From contig DATHYS010000048.1 in assembly GCA_035458995.1 (NCBI GenBank), forward strand, positions 1-62,136: a stretch of DNA of 62,136 bases, read 5' to 3'. The first letter of the stretch is position 1; each line of letters begins with the position of its first letter. The notes beneath the pieces are model-generated. The model searched no databases, was not told where the DNA came from, and worked only from the letters and a program-made list of their open reading frames with translations. Both the position numbers and the translations under genes were made by a program. This document shows positions 31,385-43,674 of the stretch, piece by piece. Source of the stretch: Nitrosopumilus sp. Lineage in GTDB: Archaea; Thermoproteota; Nitrososphaeria; Nitrososphaerales; Nitrosopumilaceae.

Positions 31385-31963
31385 TTACAGTCCTATTGCA
31401 TTGATTATCTTATCAGCTGCTTCATCAACCTTTCCCTCACGATTAAGGATGTACTTTACTGGAGAGCCAGTAATTACGGCACAGGCTGAAATCATGCCTG
31501 ATTGAGCATCTAATTCCTTTTTAACATTAGCAAGTGTGATTTTATCTCGATTTCTGGTATCATCAGACATTCGTCTATTGTAGATTTCTTCAGGTTTTGC
31601 AGAAACTGAGACAAAGTTTGTTGGTTTGATAATTTTGAGAACATGTTCGGGCAATCCAGGATAATATCCTTCTTGAGAACTGATGAATGCATGAGTATCG
31701 ATAATTACGACATCCTCATCATGTAAGGCAATTTTTTCAGCTGCTAATTTTTGTAATCTTTGTTGTTCTGTAACTGGAAGTTTTCTTAATTCATCTCTGT
31801 CTTTGAGACCATTTTCTTTTGCAACATCAAACATCAAAGTTCCAAAACTTAGAACGCTTACACTTTTTTTATGATCTTTAATTATTTCTGCCATTTTAGA
31901 TAACAAGGTGGTTTTTCCAACACCAGGTATTCCTACCATTACAACTTTTTTATTTTCTGCCAA
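31385..31963 (-). CDS. adkA: Adenylate kinase (archaeal)
   Basis: GIPGVGKTT, DRDELRKL, IDTHA, GYYPGLP; start probably TTG 31963. Confidence 0.93.
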   Translation of the reverse strand: MAENKKVVMVGIPGVGKTTLLSKMAEIIKDHKKSVSVLSFGTLMFDVAKENGLKDRDELRKLPVTEQQRLQKLAAEKIALHDEDVVIIDTHAFISSQEGYYPGLPEHVLKIIKPTNFVSVSAKPEEIYNRRMSDDTRNRDKITLANVKKELDAQSGMISACAVITGSPVKYILNREGKVDEAADKIINAIGL

Positions 31964-33383
31964 GTAAAGCACCCAAACGCGGCATTACGACTTCGACTTG
32001 CTCTCTAACTAATTGTGTGTAATAGTTGATGAGAATATCTACCATAAGTAAAATTCCGATTCCAGAACCAAAGACTCCAAGTACATCAGATACTCCTGCC
32101 AAACCACCCAAAATCATTGAGCCGATAATGGTAACAGAAGGAATGTACTTGTTTAGTAAGGCCTCAACTGGTTTGTTTGATCTTCTAAATCCAGGGATTT
32201 GTACATCTGCATCAAGTAAGTTTTGAGCAGCACTCTTTGGTGACAAACCACCAAGCTCTACCCATAATCTACCAAATACAACTACAATTCCAATCATGAA
32301 CAAGACATATCCTACTGCTCGCATTGGATCTAATGCTGCAACATCCAAACCTCTTGGAGGAGTGATGTAGTAGATGATACCACCTATTGGAGTGTTAGGG
32401 CTGGTAGGATCAAATTGTGCTACAAAGTTCATGAAGAAATTATTGTTACGCGGGTTCATGTTCGCCCACAGCATCTGGAAGATAAAGACAGCATTTGCAG
32501 TAAGTGCTGATGCCAAAATTACAGGAATGTTTGAGACATACATCAATTTGATAGGATAAACTGCATTGAAGCCTCTGTATTTGGTAGAGACAATTGGGAT
32601 TTCAATTTTGATGCCTTGAGTAAACACAAGAATTAGCAAGATTCCCGCAGTAAGACAAAGACCAAAGATACTCGGCAATTGGTTAGAACGGAAGAAGATA
32701 TTTGCAATGTCACCATCACCCATTAGGGATTGTCCAATGTATGGAATGATACCAATCATTCCTCCATCACCCGCAGGTAACGGACTGAACATACTCCAGA
32801 GAATTTGTTGAGCTACACCTGCCATAATGAACAGACTGATTCCACTACCAATACCCCATCCTTTCTGAATTAATTCGTCTAAGAACATGATAATAACCGA
32901 CGCCGCCATCAGCTGCCCTATAATCACATACAGGACATACGGCTCTGTAACACCGGGGCCATAAACTGCTGCAGCATATACAATAGACTCTGCAACAATG
33001 ACAACATATGTTACCATCTTAGTAGCAGTCTGGAAGATTCCTCTCTCTTCAGGTTTTTTGAAATCAAATTTTAGAATGTCTGAACCTCTCAATAATTGCA
33101 TCAAGAGTCCAGCTGTAACTATCGGCCCAATCCCCAGTTCAACAAGAGTTCCTTGTTGGGATGCAAAAATAACTCTAGCAAATGCTAGGAAATCAAATTC
33201 TGGTGCAGTTGATGCGTATAACGGGGTCTGACCCATTATCATGTAGATAAGTAATGCAATTCCACACCAAAGTAATCTTACTTGTAGTGGGATTTTCTTT
33301 TTAGGTTTAGGAACTTGTGGTAAATATGGTTCTGCCTTGAAAACCATCTTTCTGATGGTTGTAGTAAGTGTACCCTCAGACAT
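31950..33383 (-). CDS. secY: Preprotein translocase subunit SecY
   Basis: LVELGIGPIVTA, GWGIGSGISLFI, YVSNIPVIL, IPGFRR. Confidence 0.97.
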   Translation of the reverse strand: MSEGTLTTTIRKMVFKAEPYLPQVPKPKKKIPLQVRLLWCGIALLIYMIMGQTPLYASTAPEFDFLAFARVIFASQQGTLVELGIGPIVTAGLLMQLLRGSDILKFDFKKPEERGIFQTATKMVTYVVIVAESIVYAAAVYGPGVTEPYVLYVIIGQLMAASVIIMFLDELIQKGWGIGSGISLFIMAGVAQQILWSMFSPLPAGDGGMIGIIPYIGQSLMGDGDIANIFFRSNQLPSIFGLCLTAGILLILVFTQGIKIEIPIVSTKYRGFNAVYPIKLMYVSNIPVILASALTANAVFIFQMLWANMNPRNNNFFMNFVAQFDPTSPNTPIGGIIYYITPPRGLDVAALDPMRAVGYVLFMIGIVVVFGRLWVELGGLSPKSAAQNLLDADVQIPGFRRSNKPVEALLNKYIPSVTIIGSMILGGLAGVSDVLGVFGSGIGILLMVDILINYYTQLVREQVEVVMPRLGALLGRK

Positions 33384-33801
33384 TCTTAGCTAACACCTCT
33401 CCCCCAACAGCTTTTAGTTTCTCTTCGGCAGATGCTGTAAATTGTTGAACTTTGACGGAGTATGCATTTGTAACTTTTCCGCCACCGAGGAGTTTATCGA
33501 ATCCTGCACTTTCAAGGTCTACGATTTTTTTGCCTCCTTCTTCTTTACCGAACTTTGTGAACAAGTCATCTAAGTCTCTAAGACTAGTCCATTTTTTTAT
33601 AATATTTGGGTGAGGTGTTTTAGGTAGAGTGTGGTTGTAATGATCTGGGTCTTCTTTCATCATAGTACTTCTATGATGTTTCTTCATACCAGTGATTCCA
33701 AGACCACCTTTGTGACCACTTGCACGGTGTTGACCTACTTGTCCCCATCCCATGTGTCGTCCGCCTCTAAGTCGTCTTGTTTTTCGTAATCTAGATGCCA
33801 T
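33376..33801 (-). CDS. rpl15: 50S ribosomal protein L15
   Basis: RRLRGGRHMGWG, KLLGGG, AEEKLKAVGG. Confidence 0.95.
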   Translation of the reverse strand: MASRLRKTRRLRGGRHMGWGQVGQHRASGHKGGLGITGMKKHHRSTMMKEDPDHYNHTLPKTPHPNIIKKWTSLRDLDDLFTKFGKEEGGKKIVDLESAGFDKLLGGGKVTNAYSVKVQQFTASAEEKLKAVGGEVLAKNV

Positions 33802-33802
33802 G

Positions 33803-34270
33803 TTAAATCATTCTCCTTACTATAGTGTCAAGTTCTTTGTTTGCGCCAAGAATTCCTTTCTGTCCATAAAGTTTCTTGGTACTTCTTTTGAATCCGTGTA
33901 CAGGAGGTGCTAAAGCAAACCATGGTTTTAGTGGTTTTAATTTAGATAGTACTGCTTTACCATCAGCTAATGCTGTTGCTAATTCATCAGTACTTGCAAA
34001 TCCAAGTGTCTTGAGATCTTCTGGAGTAATTTTTTGATAGCCAGATTTTCTTCCTTTCTTGTCAATCAATTCTTTTGCTAAAGATGCATCAAGTTCAATC
34101 CAAGAAACATAGTGTTGTACTTTTCTTAGCATTCCCAAAGTGTTTTCTTTTGCAGGAAGAATTGTTGCACGATATTTTTTGTCTAATTGTAATAACATCA
34201 TTGTATGAGTTGCCCAGTATGGACAATCAGCTTGGCCTTTAATTCTAACAACGAGATATGCGTTTGCCAT
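33803..34270 (-). CDS. rpl30: 50S ribosomal protein L30
   Basis: VVRIKG, GMLRKVQHYVSW, FALAPP. Confidence 0.93.
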   Translation of the reverse strand: MANAYLVVRIKGQADCPYWATHTMMLLQLDKKYRATILPAKENTLGMLRKVQHYVSWIELDASLAKELIDKKGRKSGYQKITPEDLKTLGFASTDELATALADGKAVLSKLKPLKPWFALAPPVHGFKRSTKKLYGQKGILGANKELDTIVRRMI

Positions 34271-34276
34271 TTTCTA

Positions 34277-34999
34277 TCAACCTTGACTGAATGTCTGTCT
34301 TAGACAATCCAATATTGCTTTTGAAGTCGAGTTCATTGTAGGAGTAGAACCTTTTGCAGTAGTCCATGCGTCTTTAAGTCCTGCTAATTCCAATAATCGT
34401 TTAATTTTACCGCCTGCTACGAGACCTAATCCACGAGGTGCAGGAATAATTTCTATAGTAACACTACCACCTTTTCCCTTTACTTTGAATGGGACAGAAT
34501 GTTTTTGATCACATCTGCATTCCCAACTGCCACATCCCATCTTAATTGGACTGACATTTAGGAAAGCTTGACTAGTTGCTTTCTCAATTGCAATTCTCAT
34601 TTGTTTTGATTTACCTTGACCGATTCCCAAGTATCCATTTTCATTTCCTGCTGCAACAATTGCTTTGAATCTAGTTGATTGTCCGTTTGAAGTCATTTTT
34701 TGAATGATTCCAACATCGACAACTTCACTTTTCAAGTCAGGTAATAGTTTCTTGATGATACCGGATTCTTGAATTCTTAATCCTAATTGAATAATTTCTT
34801 CTAGTGATGAAATTTCTCCTGATGCAACTTTTTGTCCCAAGATAGTTTTTGGAACCCAAACTTCTTCTTCTGGTTCTCTTCTTGGTCTTCTTGGACGGTC
34901 TCCGCCTTTAGCTCCACCTGGTGGTCCTCTACCATATACTGGTGGTGCTTTTCCTCTTGGACCTCCTTGTCCTGGTTTTGATTGTGCTGTTTGACTCAT
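34277..34999 (-). CDS. rps5: 30S ribosomal protein S5
   Basis: WVPKTILG, GCGSWEC, PAPRGLGLVAG. Confidence 0.96.
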   Translation of the reverse strand: MSQTAQSKPGQGGPRGKAPPVYGRGPPGGAKGGDRPRRPRREPEEEVWVPKTILGQKVASGEISSLEEIIQLGLRIQESGIIKKLLPDLKSEVVDVGIIQKMTSNGQSTRFKAIVAAGNENGYLGIGQGKSKQMRIAIEKATSQAFLNVSPIKMGCGSWECRCDQKHSVPFKVKGKGGSVTIEIIPAPRGLGLVAGGKIKRLLELAGLKDAWTTAKGSTPTMNSTSKAILDCLRQTFSQG

Positions 35000-35001
35000 T
35001 T

Positions 35002-35484
35002 CTATTTGACCTCGCTATCAATTGCGGATTTTATTTTAGAAACTTCATTTTTTACTGTTAGATGTTCACCGTTAATTCTTTCTTCAGCTGGGAATGTTTC
35101 TGGATCAGCTGGCACTTCAAGTCCTGCATCGATTATTCCTTTTAGGGCAGCTGACATTCTTTGAGTAAATCTTCTAGTTCCAGTATACAAGATTGCATCC
35201 TTTGCACCTTTTCCTAATGCTTTCTTACCTGCCAAATAGCCTGTAAGATATGCTGCTGGTACACTTTTTCTAGAACCTTTCCATCCTTTCTCAATTAGAT
35301 ATCTAGAATGAGCAGAGGCTACAACTTTGTCTCCAGTCATGCCAGGTGTGAGAATTTGGACTAGGGTATTTTCATTAGTAATATTTACAGTGATAAAATC
35401 GCGTTTACCCATCAACATGGTACCACGTTTTCTATAATTGGTCTTTTCTTCCCTTAATCTTCTCAATATTTTTGAATAGGCCAT
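35002..35484 (-). CDS. rpl18: 50S ribosomal protein L18
   Basis: KTNYRKR, PAAYLTG, GIIDAGLEVP. Confidence 0.95.
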   Translation of the reverse strand: MAYSKILRRLREEKTNYRKRGTMLMGKRDFITVNITNENTLVQILTPGMTGDKVVASAHSRYLIEKGWKGSRKSVPAAYLTGYLAGKKALGKGAKDAILYTGTRRFTQRMSAALKGIIDAGLEVPADPETFPAEERINGEHLTVKNEVSKIKSAIDSEVK

Positions 35485-35520
35485 CTATAGAGACCGAGTT
35501 TGAATCTGCTCTTATATACG

Positions 35521-36428
35521 TTAAGCGCGAATTAGGGCAGCTAGCAAAGCTTTCTGAGTATGTAAACGATTTTCTGCCTCATCCCAAACAACAGACTGCG
35601 GGCCGTCAATTACAGATGATGTAACTTCTTGTTCTCTCTTTGCGGGAAGACAATGCAAAAAGATCGCATCTTTTTTTGCAGACTTCATTAATTTGTCATT
35701 TACTTGGTACTTTGGCAGGAATTTTTTCAATCTTTTCTTGTCAAGATTATGAATTGATGAGAATGTATCGGCAACTATTACATCTGCATTTTTAGTTGCA
35801 ACATAAGGATCAGTTGTTAATTCAATGTTAGTTGTCTTCTTGGCCTCTTTGATGGCAGTTTTGTCAGGTTCAAATCCTTTGGGTGTTGCAATGGACATTT
35901 TAACTCCAGACAAAGCAGCACCATAAATCATAGAGTTGCAGACGTTATTGCCATCACCAATCCATGCGATTTTTAGTCCCTTGAGTTTTTTCTTTTTTTC
36001 TTTAATCGTCATAAAGTCTGCCAATATTTGGCAAGGATGAAAAGTATCAGAGAGTCCATTGATTACCGGAATGCTTGCATGTTTGGCAAGTTTCTCAAGC
36101 AAGTCATGTTCGTATACACGTGCCATAATACAATTAGAATATCTTGAAAGAGTTTTTGCAGTGTCTTCAACTGATTCTCCTCGAGACAGTTGCATATCGT
36201 TTGATGAGAGGTTAACTGCATGTCCGCCCAACTGATACATGCCAATTTCAAAACTGACTCGAGTTCGAGTGGATGGTTTTTGGAAAATCATCGTTAGTGT
36301 TTTGTTTTTCAAAATAGGTTTGTTGCCTTTTTTGAGTTCCTTCTTTAGTTTGATTGCACTATCAATTAATCCTGAAAATTCCTTTGGAGACAATTCTCCC
36401 AAAGTCAGTAAATCTTTTGTTTTTAGTT

Positions 36429-36432
<4 letters not shown>
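35521..36432 (-). CDS. argF: Ornithine carbamoyltransferase
   Basis: PSTRTRVSF, HPCQ, GDGNNV, HCLP. Confidence 0.96.
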
Positions 36433-37817
<1,385 letters not shown>

Positions 37818-37826
37818 GATTTATCC

Positions 37827-38255
37827 TCAGGCAGGAGGTTGTGGTTGTTGCATAGATTGCATCATTTGATTCATCTGTGCTTTTCCTTGCTCTAGTCTTG
37901 AAGCAGCATCTTGTTTTTTTGCAGATGTATCTTGCAAAGCAATTTCAATCTCTTTAATTCGGGCTTCAAGATAATTAATTGCAGAAGGAAAATCTTTTTC
38001 GACTGCAACTCCTGCACCAATATTCATTACAATTTTTGAAGTGGAGGAAATTTTTGTTGGGACATATGTTCCCATTCCAATTGGAACCAGAGTTTCAGAT
38101 TCAGGGTTTTTGCTAAGCGATTGAATTGATTCTATTGAAGCAGTTGCTTCTCTTAAAATATTCATAAAAGTTACTTCTCTTTGAGACAAATCAGAAAAAT
38201 ATGTTTCAAGCATTTGCATCTGTTGCATCAATTGCTCGGCCTGTTCTTCACTCAT
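37827..38255 (-). CDS. pfdA: Prefoldin subunit alpha
   Basis: ETLVPIGMGTYV, IGAGVAVEK. Confidence 0.94.
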   Translation of the reverse strand: MSEEQAEQLMQQMQMLETYFSDLSQREVTFMNILREATASIESIQSLSKNPESETLVPIGMGTYVPTKISSTSKIVMNIGAGVAVEKDFPSAINYLEARIKEIEIALQDTSAKKQDAASRLEQGKAQMNQMMQSMQQPQPPA

Positions 38256-38348
38256 TTACAACAAACCCTTCCCTTATGGTTATAAATTCATTCATGGTTA
38301 CTTGAAAAATTCAAAATAAGTGAATAAATAAAAAATAAAGAATTATCT

Positions 38349-38969
38349 TTATTTTGCTTTAGAGAATCTAGATTCTACTTCATCCCAATTCACAACATTC
38401 CACCAGGCTTCAATGTAGACTGGTCTCTTGTTTTGGTAGTTGAGATAGTATGCATGTTCCCACACATCACAGCCTAACAATGGAACTAGTCCTTCAGTTC
38501 TTGGACTGGTTTGGTTTGGCATTGATTTGTATTCAACCTTTGATGTAGAAGGATTGTATACTAACCATCCCCAACCACTGCCTTGAATTACAGCTGTAGT
38601 AGATGAGAATTTCTCTTTAAAGTCAGAGAAGTTTCCAAATGAATCATTGATTGCATCTGCAATTGATCCGCCAGGTTCTCCGCCTCCGTTTGCTTTCATG
38701 TTATTCCAAAATAACCTATGGTTGTCGTAACCACCACCGTTGAAATTAATTGCACCTCTTTTGTCCTCTGGTACTGAATTGATGTCAGACAAGATATCCA
38801 CAATATCTTTGTCTTGAATTTCAGCTGGACAAGTTTCAAGAGCTGCATTTAGTTTGTCAGTGTATGTTTGATGATGTTTTGTGTGGTGAATCTCCATTGT
38901 TCTTGCGTCAATGTGAGGTTCCAATGCATCATAAGCATATGGCATTTCAGGAAGTGTGTATTTTCCCAT
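38349..38969 (-). CDS. sod: Fe/Mn superoxide dismutase
   Basis: HHTKHH, GSGWGWL, DVWEHAYY. Confidence 0.97.
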   Translation of the reverse strand: MGKYTLPEMPYAYDALEPHIDARTMEIHHTKHHQTYTDKLNAALETCPAEIQDKDIVDILSDINSVPEDKRGAINFNGGGYDNHRLFWNNMKANGGGEPGGSIADAINDSFGNFSDFKEKFSSTTAVIQGSGWGWLVYNPSTSKVEYKSMPNQTSPRTEGLVPLLGCDVWEHAYYLNYQNKRPVYIEAWWNVVNWDEVESRFSKAK

Positions 38970-39047
38970 GAGACCACTAGAAGATTTATTCCATTTATTG
39001 GTTTACTAAGCAATTCATTTTTACTTGTTAAAACGCTTAGAAAATTT

Positions 39048-41075
39048 GTGAAATCATTACTAATTCTTTCTTCAATGTTGGTATTTTCAGGAATTTTGAT
39101 TTTTTCACAATTACAATCACAAAACGACTCTGAATTATTTTTGGATAGAAGTGTCCCATATGTTGGAGGTGACATTCCAAGAATTGATGGGATTGACGGT
39201 GAAGGGGTAAAGATTGCAGTAATTGATACAGGGGTAGATTACAACCATCCAGATTTGCTTGGGTGGGGACCTGATGGTAAAGTAATCGGAGGATACAATT
39301 TCATCCAAGAGAACCAACCTCCACTGGATAACAATGGCCACGGCACCCAGGTTGCAGGAGTAATTGCAGCAGATGGTGAAAAATTAGGAGTTGCACCAAA
39401 GGCAAAGATTTTAGCTTACAAGGTTTCTGAAGACGGTGAAGGAGTATCATCGGATCTCATCATAAGGGCAATTCAAAAAGCAATTGAGGATGATGCAGAT
39501 GTTATCAATATCAGTTTAGGAGTTAACAAAACAAATGCAAAGATTGAACGTGCAGTAAATGAAGCACTAGAAAAAGAGATTTTTGTAGTAACTGCTGCTG
39601 GAAACGACGGACCAGAATTGGAATCAATTGGAAGTCCTGGAAGAAACTTTGGTAGTGTAACAGTTGGTGCAACATACAACAATCTGACTTCGAGTCTGGT
39701 TGCAACATTAGAAGTAGATGAAAAACCATACACGGTAATACCAATGGTCGGCTCTACAAAACTAGATGAGCCAATAAAAGAGAAAATTATTTTTGCAGGT
39801 TATGGAAAGACTGAAGATTTTGATGAATTAGATGTAAAGGATGCAATAGTTATCGTTGAGAGGGGAAGTGATGTCGAAGGAGAGTTGCTGTATTTTTCAA
39901 TCAAAGAAAAAAATGCTGCAAATGCAGGAGCTAAAGCTGTAATTGTTTACAATAATATTTCAGGAATTTTTCTAGGGGAATTAATTCACGAGTTTATAGA
40001 GCCAGGATATGAACCTCGAATTCCAGTAGTATCAATTGACAGAGATGAAGGACTAGAGATTATTGAATCACTGGCAGATGAGAATCAAGGAGTTTTGCAA
40101 TTGTTTTACAATCCAGATTTTGTGGCACATTTTAGTTCCAGAGGGCCAGTATCACCATTTTACATAAAGCCAGAAATCGTAGCACCTGGCGCATACATCA
40201 ACACCACACAGAATTTTGCAGGATACAACTTTACTAGTGGCACAAGTTATGCTGCGCCTCATGTGAGTGGAGCAGCAGCGCTATTACTTCAAAAAAACCC
40301 AGAATTGCACCACCATGAAATCAAGTCTCTTCTATTGACTACAGTTGAGCCTGTTTCTGATGCCTACGGACTAGAATTCTCTATTCATGAGGCAGGGGCT
40401 GGAAGACTGGACATTGAAAACGCATTCAATGCAAAACTGATCATAGAGCCGCCAAACTTTGTTGCGTTTACATCATCAGATGACAAGATTTTCGAGAAAC
40501 AATTCCAACTAAAATTAATTGATGGGACATGGGATGGATTTGATGTTACATTTGATGGACCTGAATTTGTACAATTTGCAGGAGAACTTGTAGATGAAAA
40601 TGATTTGAGAATTAGAATGAGTGTATCAGAAGATAACTTTGGAGAGCATGAAGGAATGATTTTGATTAGTCATGAAGGTTTTCAATACAGAGTTCCATTT
40701 TTGTTACACCACACACAGGGTTCAATTTCAGTAACACAAGAAAATGAAAAACTCTCCTTTGATGTTTATCATCCAGAAGAATGGAGCTTTACAAAAATTT
40801 CCGTGATTAACAGCAACGATGGAAGTGAGCAGACCATAACTACAACACCTGAGAAAAAAGTATCAGTTGATGTTTATGAGAATGCAGAATACTGGATTGA
40901 TGCTAAAATCAGAGTTAACGGTAACACGTCAAATGCATTTAGTGTAATTGAAATTAATTCACTAGATGAAAGTCAAGACAGATTTGAATTTATGAAAATT
41001 CCAGAAAGACAGATTCTCATCATAAGTGTAGTTGTAATTGGAATTGCAATATTTGGATTTGCTAAAAGAAAATAA
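39048..41075 (+). CDS. Subtilisin-like S8 serine protease with PA domain, signal peptide and C-terminal TM
   Basis: IDTG, NGHGTQVAG, SGTSYAAPHV triad; start probably GTG 39048. Confidence 0.92.
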   Translation: MKSLLILSSMLVFSGILIFSQLQSQNDSELFLDRSVPYVGGDIPRIDGIDGEGVKIAVIDTGVDYNHPDLLGWGPDGKVIGGYNFIQENQPPLDNNGHGTQVAGVIAADGEKLGVAPKAKILAYKVSEDGEGVSSDLIIRAIQKAIEDDADVINISLGVNKTNAKIERAVNEALEKEIFVVTAAGNDGPELESIGSPGRNFGSVTVGATYNNLTSSLVATLEVDEKPYTVIPMVGSTKLDEPIKEKIIFAGYGKTEDFDELDVKDAIVIVERGSDVEGELLYFSIKEKNAANAGAKAVIVYNNISGIFLGELIHEFIEPGYEPRIPVVSIDRDEGLEIIESLADENQGVLQLFYNPDFVAHFSSRGPVSPFYIKPEIVAPGAYINTTQNFAGYNFTSGTSYAAPHVSGAAALLLQKNPELHHHEIKSLLLTTVEPVSDAYGLEFSIHEAGAGRLDIENAFNAKLIIEPPNFVAFTSSDDKIFEKQFQLKLIDGTWDGFDVTFDGPEFVQFAGELVDENDLRIRMSVSEDNFGEHEGMILISHEGFQYRVPFLLHHTQGSISVTQENEKLSFDVYHPEEWSFTKISVINSNDGSEQTITTTPEKKVSVDVYENAEYWIDAKIRVNGNTSNAFSVIEINSLDESQDRFEFMKIPERQILIISVVVIGIAIFGFAKRK

Positions 41076-41076
41076 T

Positions 41077-42681
41077 CTATTGAATGTACTTTGGACCAGC
41101 ATCAATAATTTCTGGTGAGACATTTTCAAATTTCTTAAAGTTCTCTACAAACATTTGAGCTAGTTTCTTTGCAGACATGTCATAGGAATCTTTGTCAATC
41201 CAAGTGTTCTTTGGATCTAAAATCTCAGAAGGTACTCCTTCTACTTCAGTTGGAATATCGAGATTAAACAAATCATCATGTCTATACTTTACAATGTCTA
41301 GTGCGCCTGAAAGGGCAGCAGTAACCATTGCACGGCTGTATTTGATTTTGATTCTTTTTCCAACACCGTATGGGCCGCCAGACCAACCAGTATTGACGAG
41401 ATAAACTACAGTATTGTGCTCATTGATTTTGTCTCCCAAGAGTTTTGCATATACTGAGGCAGGTCTAGGCATGAATGGGGCTCCAAAGCACTGTGAAAAT
41501 ACAGATTTTGGTTCTTTGATTCCTCTTTCAGTTCCAGCCAACTTACTGGTATATCCTGACATGAAATGATACATTGCACCTTCTTTGGTAAGTCTAGAGA
41601 CAGGTGGCAAAACACCCAAGGCATCTGCTGTCAAAAATACAATTACTCTAGGATTTCCACCGACACTAGGAATCACAGCTCCGGGGATAAAGTCTAGTGG
41701 ATAACCAACACGAGTGTTTTCTGTTAAAGTATTATCATCGTAATCTGGGACATTGTCTTTTAGTACAACATTTTCTAAAAGTGCACCAGGTTTGATTGCA
41801 TTCCAAATCTCAGGTTCTGCTTCTTGGCTAAGGTTGATACATTTTGCATAGCAACCTCCTTCAAAATTAAAAGTTCCATTATCAGACCATCCATGTTCAT
41901 CGTCTCCGATTAATTTTCTATTAGGGTCTGCAGATAGTGTAGTTTTACCAGTACCAGATAATCCAAAGAACAAGGCAGTGTCTCCTTTTTCACCAATGTT
42001 TGCAGAGCAGTGCATTGGGAAAATTCCACGTTCAGGTAACAAGAAGTTCATTACACCAAACATTGATTTTTTCATTTCGCCGGCATATTCAGTTCCGCCA
42101 ATCAAGACAATTTTTCTTGTCAAATCAATGAGAATAAAGACATCAGTTCTTGTTCCGTCAATTTCAGGGTCTGCTACAAAATCGTTGATACATAAAATAG
42201 TAAATTCAGGTTCGTGATTGTCTAGTTCATCACTTGTAGGTCTGATAAACAAATTGCTTGCAAACATACTTTGCCAAACATGATCATTGATCACTCTGAT
42301 TGGTAAACGGGTTTCAGGATCAGCACCTACGAAACCATCAAAAACAAAAAGTTCCTTGTTATCAACAAAGTCTTTCATTTTTTCAAAGAGTTTTTCAAAT
42401 TTGCCACTTGGGAATTGGTGGTTAATTTTTCCCCAATCTATAGTCTCATGGGTTTTATCATCATATACGATGAATCTATCATCAGGGGATCTTCCAGTAT
42501 ATTTTCCAGTGTTTACTGATAATGAGCCTGTTGAGTTGACTACACCCTCCTTTCTATCTACGGCCAATTTGACCATATCATCGACACTTAGATTTCTGTG
42601 GACAGTTGAGGGGTTGATTCCAAAGGCAATCAATTGTGAGGAAAATTTCTCAGATGGTGCAGTACCAAGTACTTGGGTCAG
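41077..42681 (-). CDS. pckA: Phosphoenolpyruvate carboxykinase (ATP)
   Basis: GLSGTGKTT, IGDDEHGW, FEGGCYAK; start uncertain (CTG 42681 after GGAGG, or TTG 42633). Confidence 0.96.
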   Translation of the reverse strand: MTQVLGTAPSEKFSSQLIAFGINPSTVHRNLSVDDMVKLAVDRKEGVVNSTGSLSVNTGKYTGRSPDDRFIVYDDKTHETIDWGKINHQFPSGKFEKLFEKMKDFVDNKELFVFDGFVGADPETRLPIRVINDHVWQSMFASNLFIRPTSDELDNHEPEFTILCINDFVADPEIDGTRTDVFILIDLTRKIVLIGGTEYAGEMKKSMFGVMNFLLPERGIFPMHCSANIGEKGDTALFFGLSGTGKTTLSADPNRKLIGDDEHGWSDNGTFNFEGGCYAKCINLSQEAEPEIWNAIKPGALLENVVLKDNVPDYDDNTLTENTRVGYPLDFIPGAVIPSVGGNPRVIVFLTADALGVLPPVSRLTKEGAMYHFMSGYTSKLAGTERGIKEPKSVFSQCFGAPFMPRPASVYAKLLGDKINEHNTVVYLVNTGWSGGPYGVGKRIKIKYSRAMVTAALSGALDIVKYRHDDLFNLDIPTEVEGVPSEILDPKNTWIDKDSYDMSAKKLAQMFVENFKKFENVSPEIIDAGPKYIQ

Positions 42682-42830
42682 AGGTATTTGCCTCCAAAAA
42701 TACTAAGTTCAATCCCAGGCTGGTTCATGAGATATTCGATCCGCCCTAAGTTTCCTTATTATCTTTTTCTTATAGAGAATTTTTTTAGCGTCTAGGAACG
42801 TATTTATTCCAAAATTCAAGACTCAATTTA

Positions 42831-43235
42831 ATGACGATCAACAAGGATCTACTTGCAAAGAGAGAAGAAGCAAAACAAAACAAGCCAGATTTTGTCAGAC
42901 CAGAAAGTTGGCGTTATGTTAGACTTCAAACTAATTGGAGAAAACCAAAAGGTATTGATCATCACCAAAGAAAACAAAAGAGTAGAGGTCGTCCAGGTCT
43001 TGTCAAAGTAGGATATGGCGGACCAAAAGAAGCACGCGGATTACATCCATCAGGATTTACAGATAACCTAGTTTACAATTTATCAGATTTAGAAAAATTA
43101 GACCCAAAGAAAGACGGAGTCAGATTTGCACATGGTGTTGGAACTAGAAAGAGAAAAGAGATTATCGTAAAAGCAATTGAACAAAAATTCAAAATATTTA
43201 ACGCAAGAGTGAGCGCAAGTGGTAGTAAATCTTAA
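42831..43235 (+). CDS. rpl32e: 50S ribosomal protein L32e
   Basis: WRKPKGID, RGLHPSG. Confidence 0.96.
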   Translation: MTINKDLLAKREEAKQNKPDFVRPESWRYVRLQTNWRKPKGIDHHQRKQKSRGRPGLVKVGYGGPKEARGLHPSGFTDNLVYNLSDLEKLDPKKDGVRFAHGVGTRKRKEIIVKAIEQKFKIFNARVSASGSKS

Positions 43236-43674
43236 AGCTAAAAAAAGACTCGCAGCCAGAGTTACTGGTGTCGGAGTTCATAGGATTAAATTCGATACTG
43301 ATCATCTAGATGATGTTGCAGATGCAATTACTAGAGAAAACATCCGCAGTCTCATTACAGCAAACACAATCACAATCAAACCATATACTGGTACTTCAAA
43401 AGGAAGAGCACAAACCAAGAAAGCTCAGAAAAACAAGAGAGGTACAACTCAAGGTTCCAAACAAGGAAGAAAAGGAGCTAGAGTAGGTAAAAAGGAAGTC
43501 TATGTTGCAAAGGTCCGCTCATTGAGAAGATTATTGAAAATTGCAAAAGACAGAAAAGATTTGACTAATCCAGAATTCTGGGCTCTATACAAGAAGGTTG
43601 GCGGAAACACAGTCAGAAACAAAGCTCACCTTAGACTCTTGATGGATGAGATTAGAGAAAAACGAAAAGATTAG
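43219..43674 (+). CDS. rpl19e: 50S ribosomal protein L19e
   Basis: KRLAA, AITRENIR, GRKGAR. Confidence 0.95.
   Translation: MVVNLKAKKRLAARVTGVGVHRIKFDTDHLDDVADAITRENIRSLITANTITIKPYTGTSKGRAQTKKAQKNKRGTTQGSKQGRKGARVGKKEVYVAKVRSLRRLLKIAKDRKDLTNPEFWALYKKVGGNTVRNKAHLRLLMDEIREKRKD

Noticed and set aside
38868-39047. N-terminal extension of the S8 protease and ORF 38849-39175
   Set aside because: Overlaps the divergent sod gene; a signal-peptide-like sequence begins at GTG 39048.
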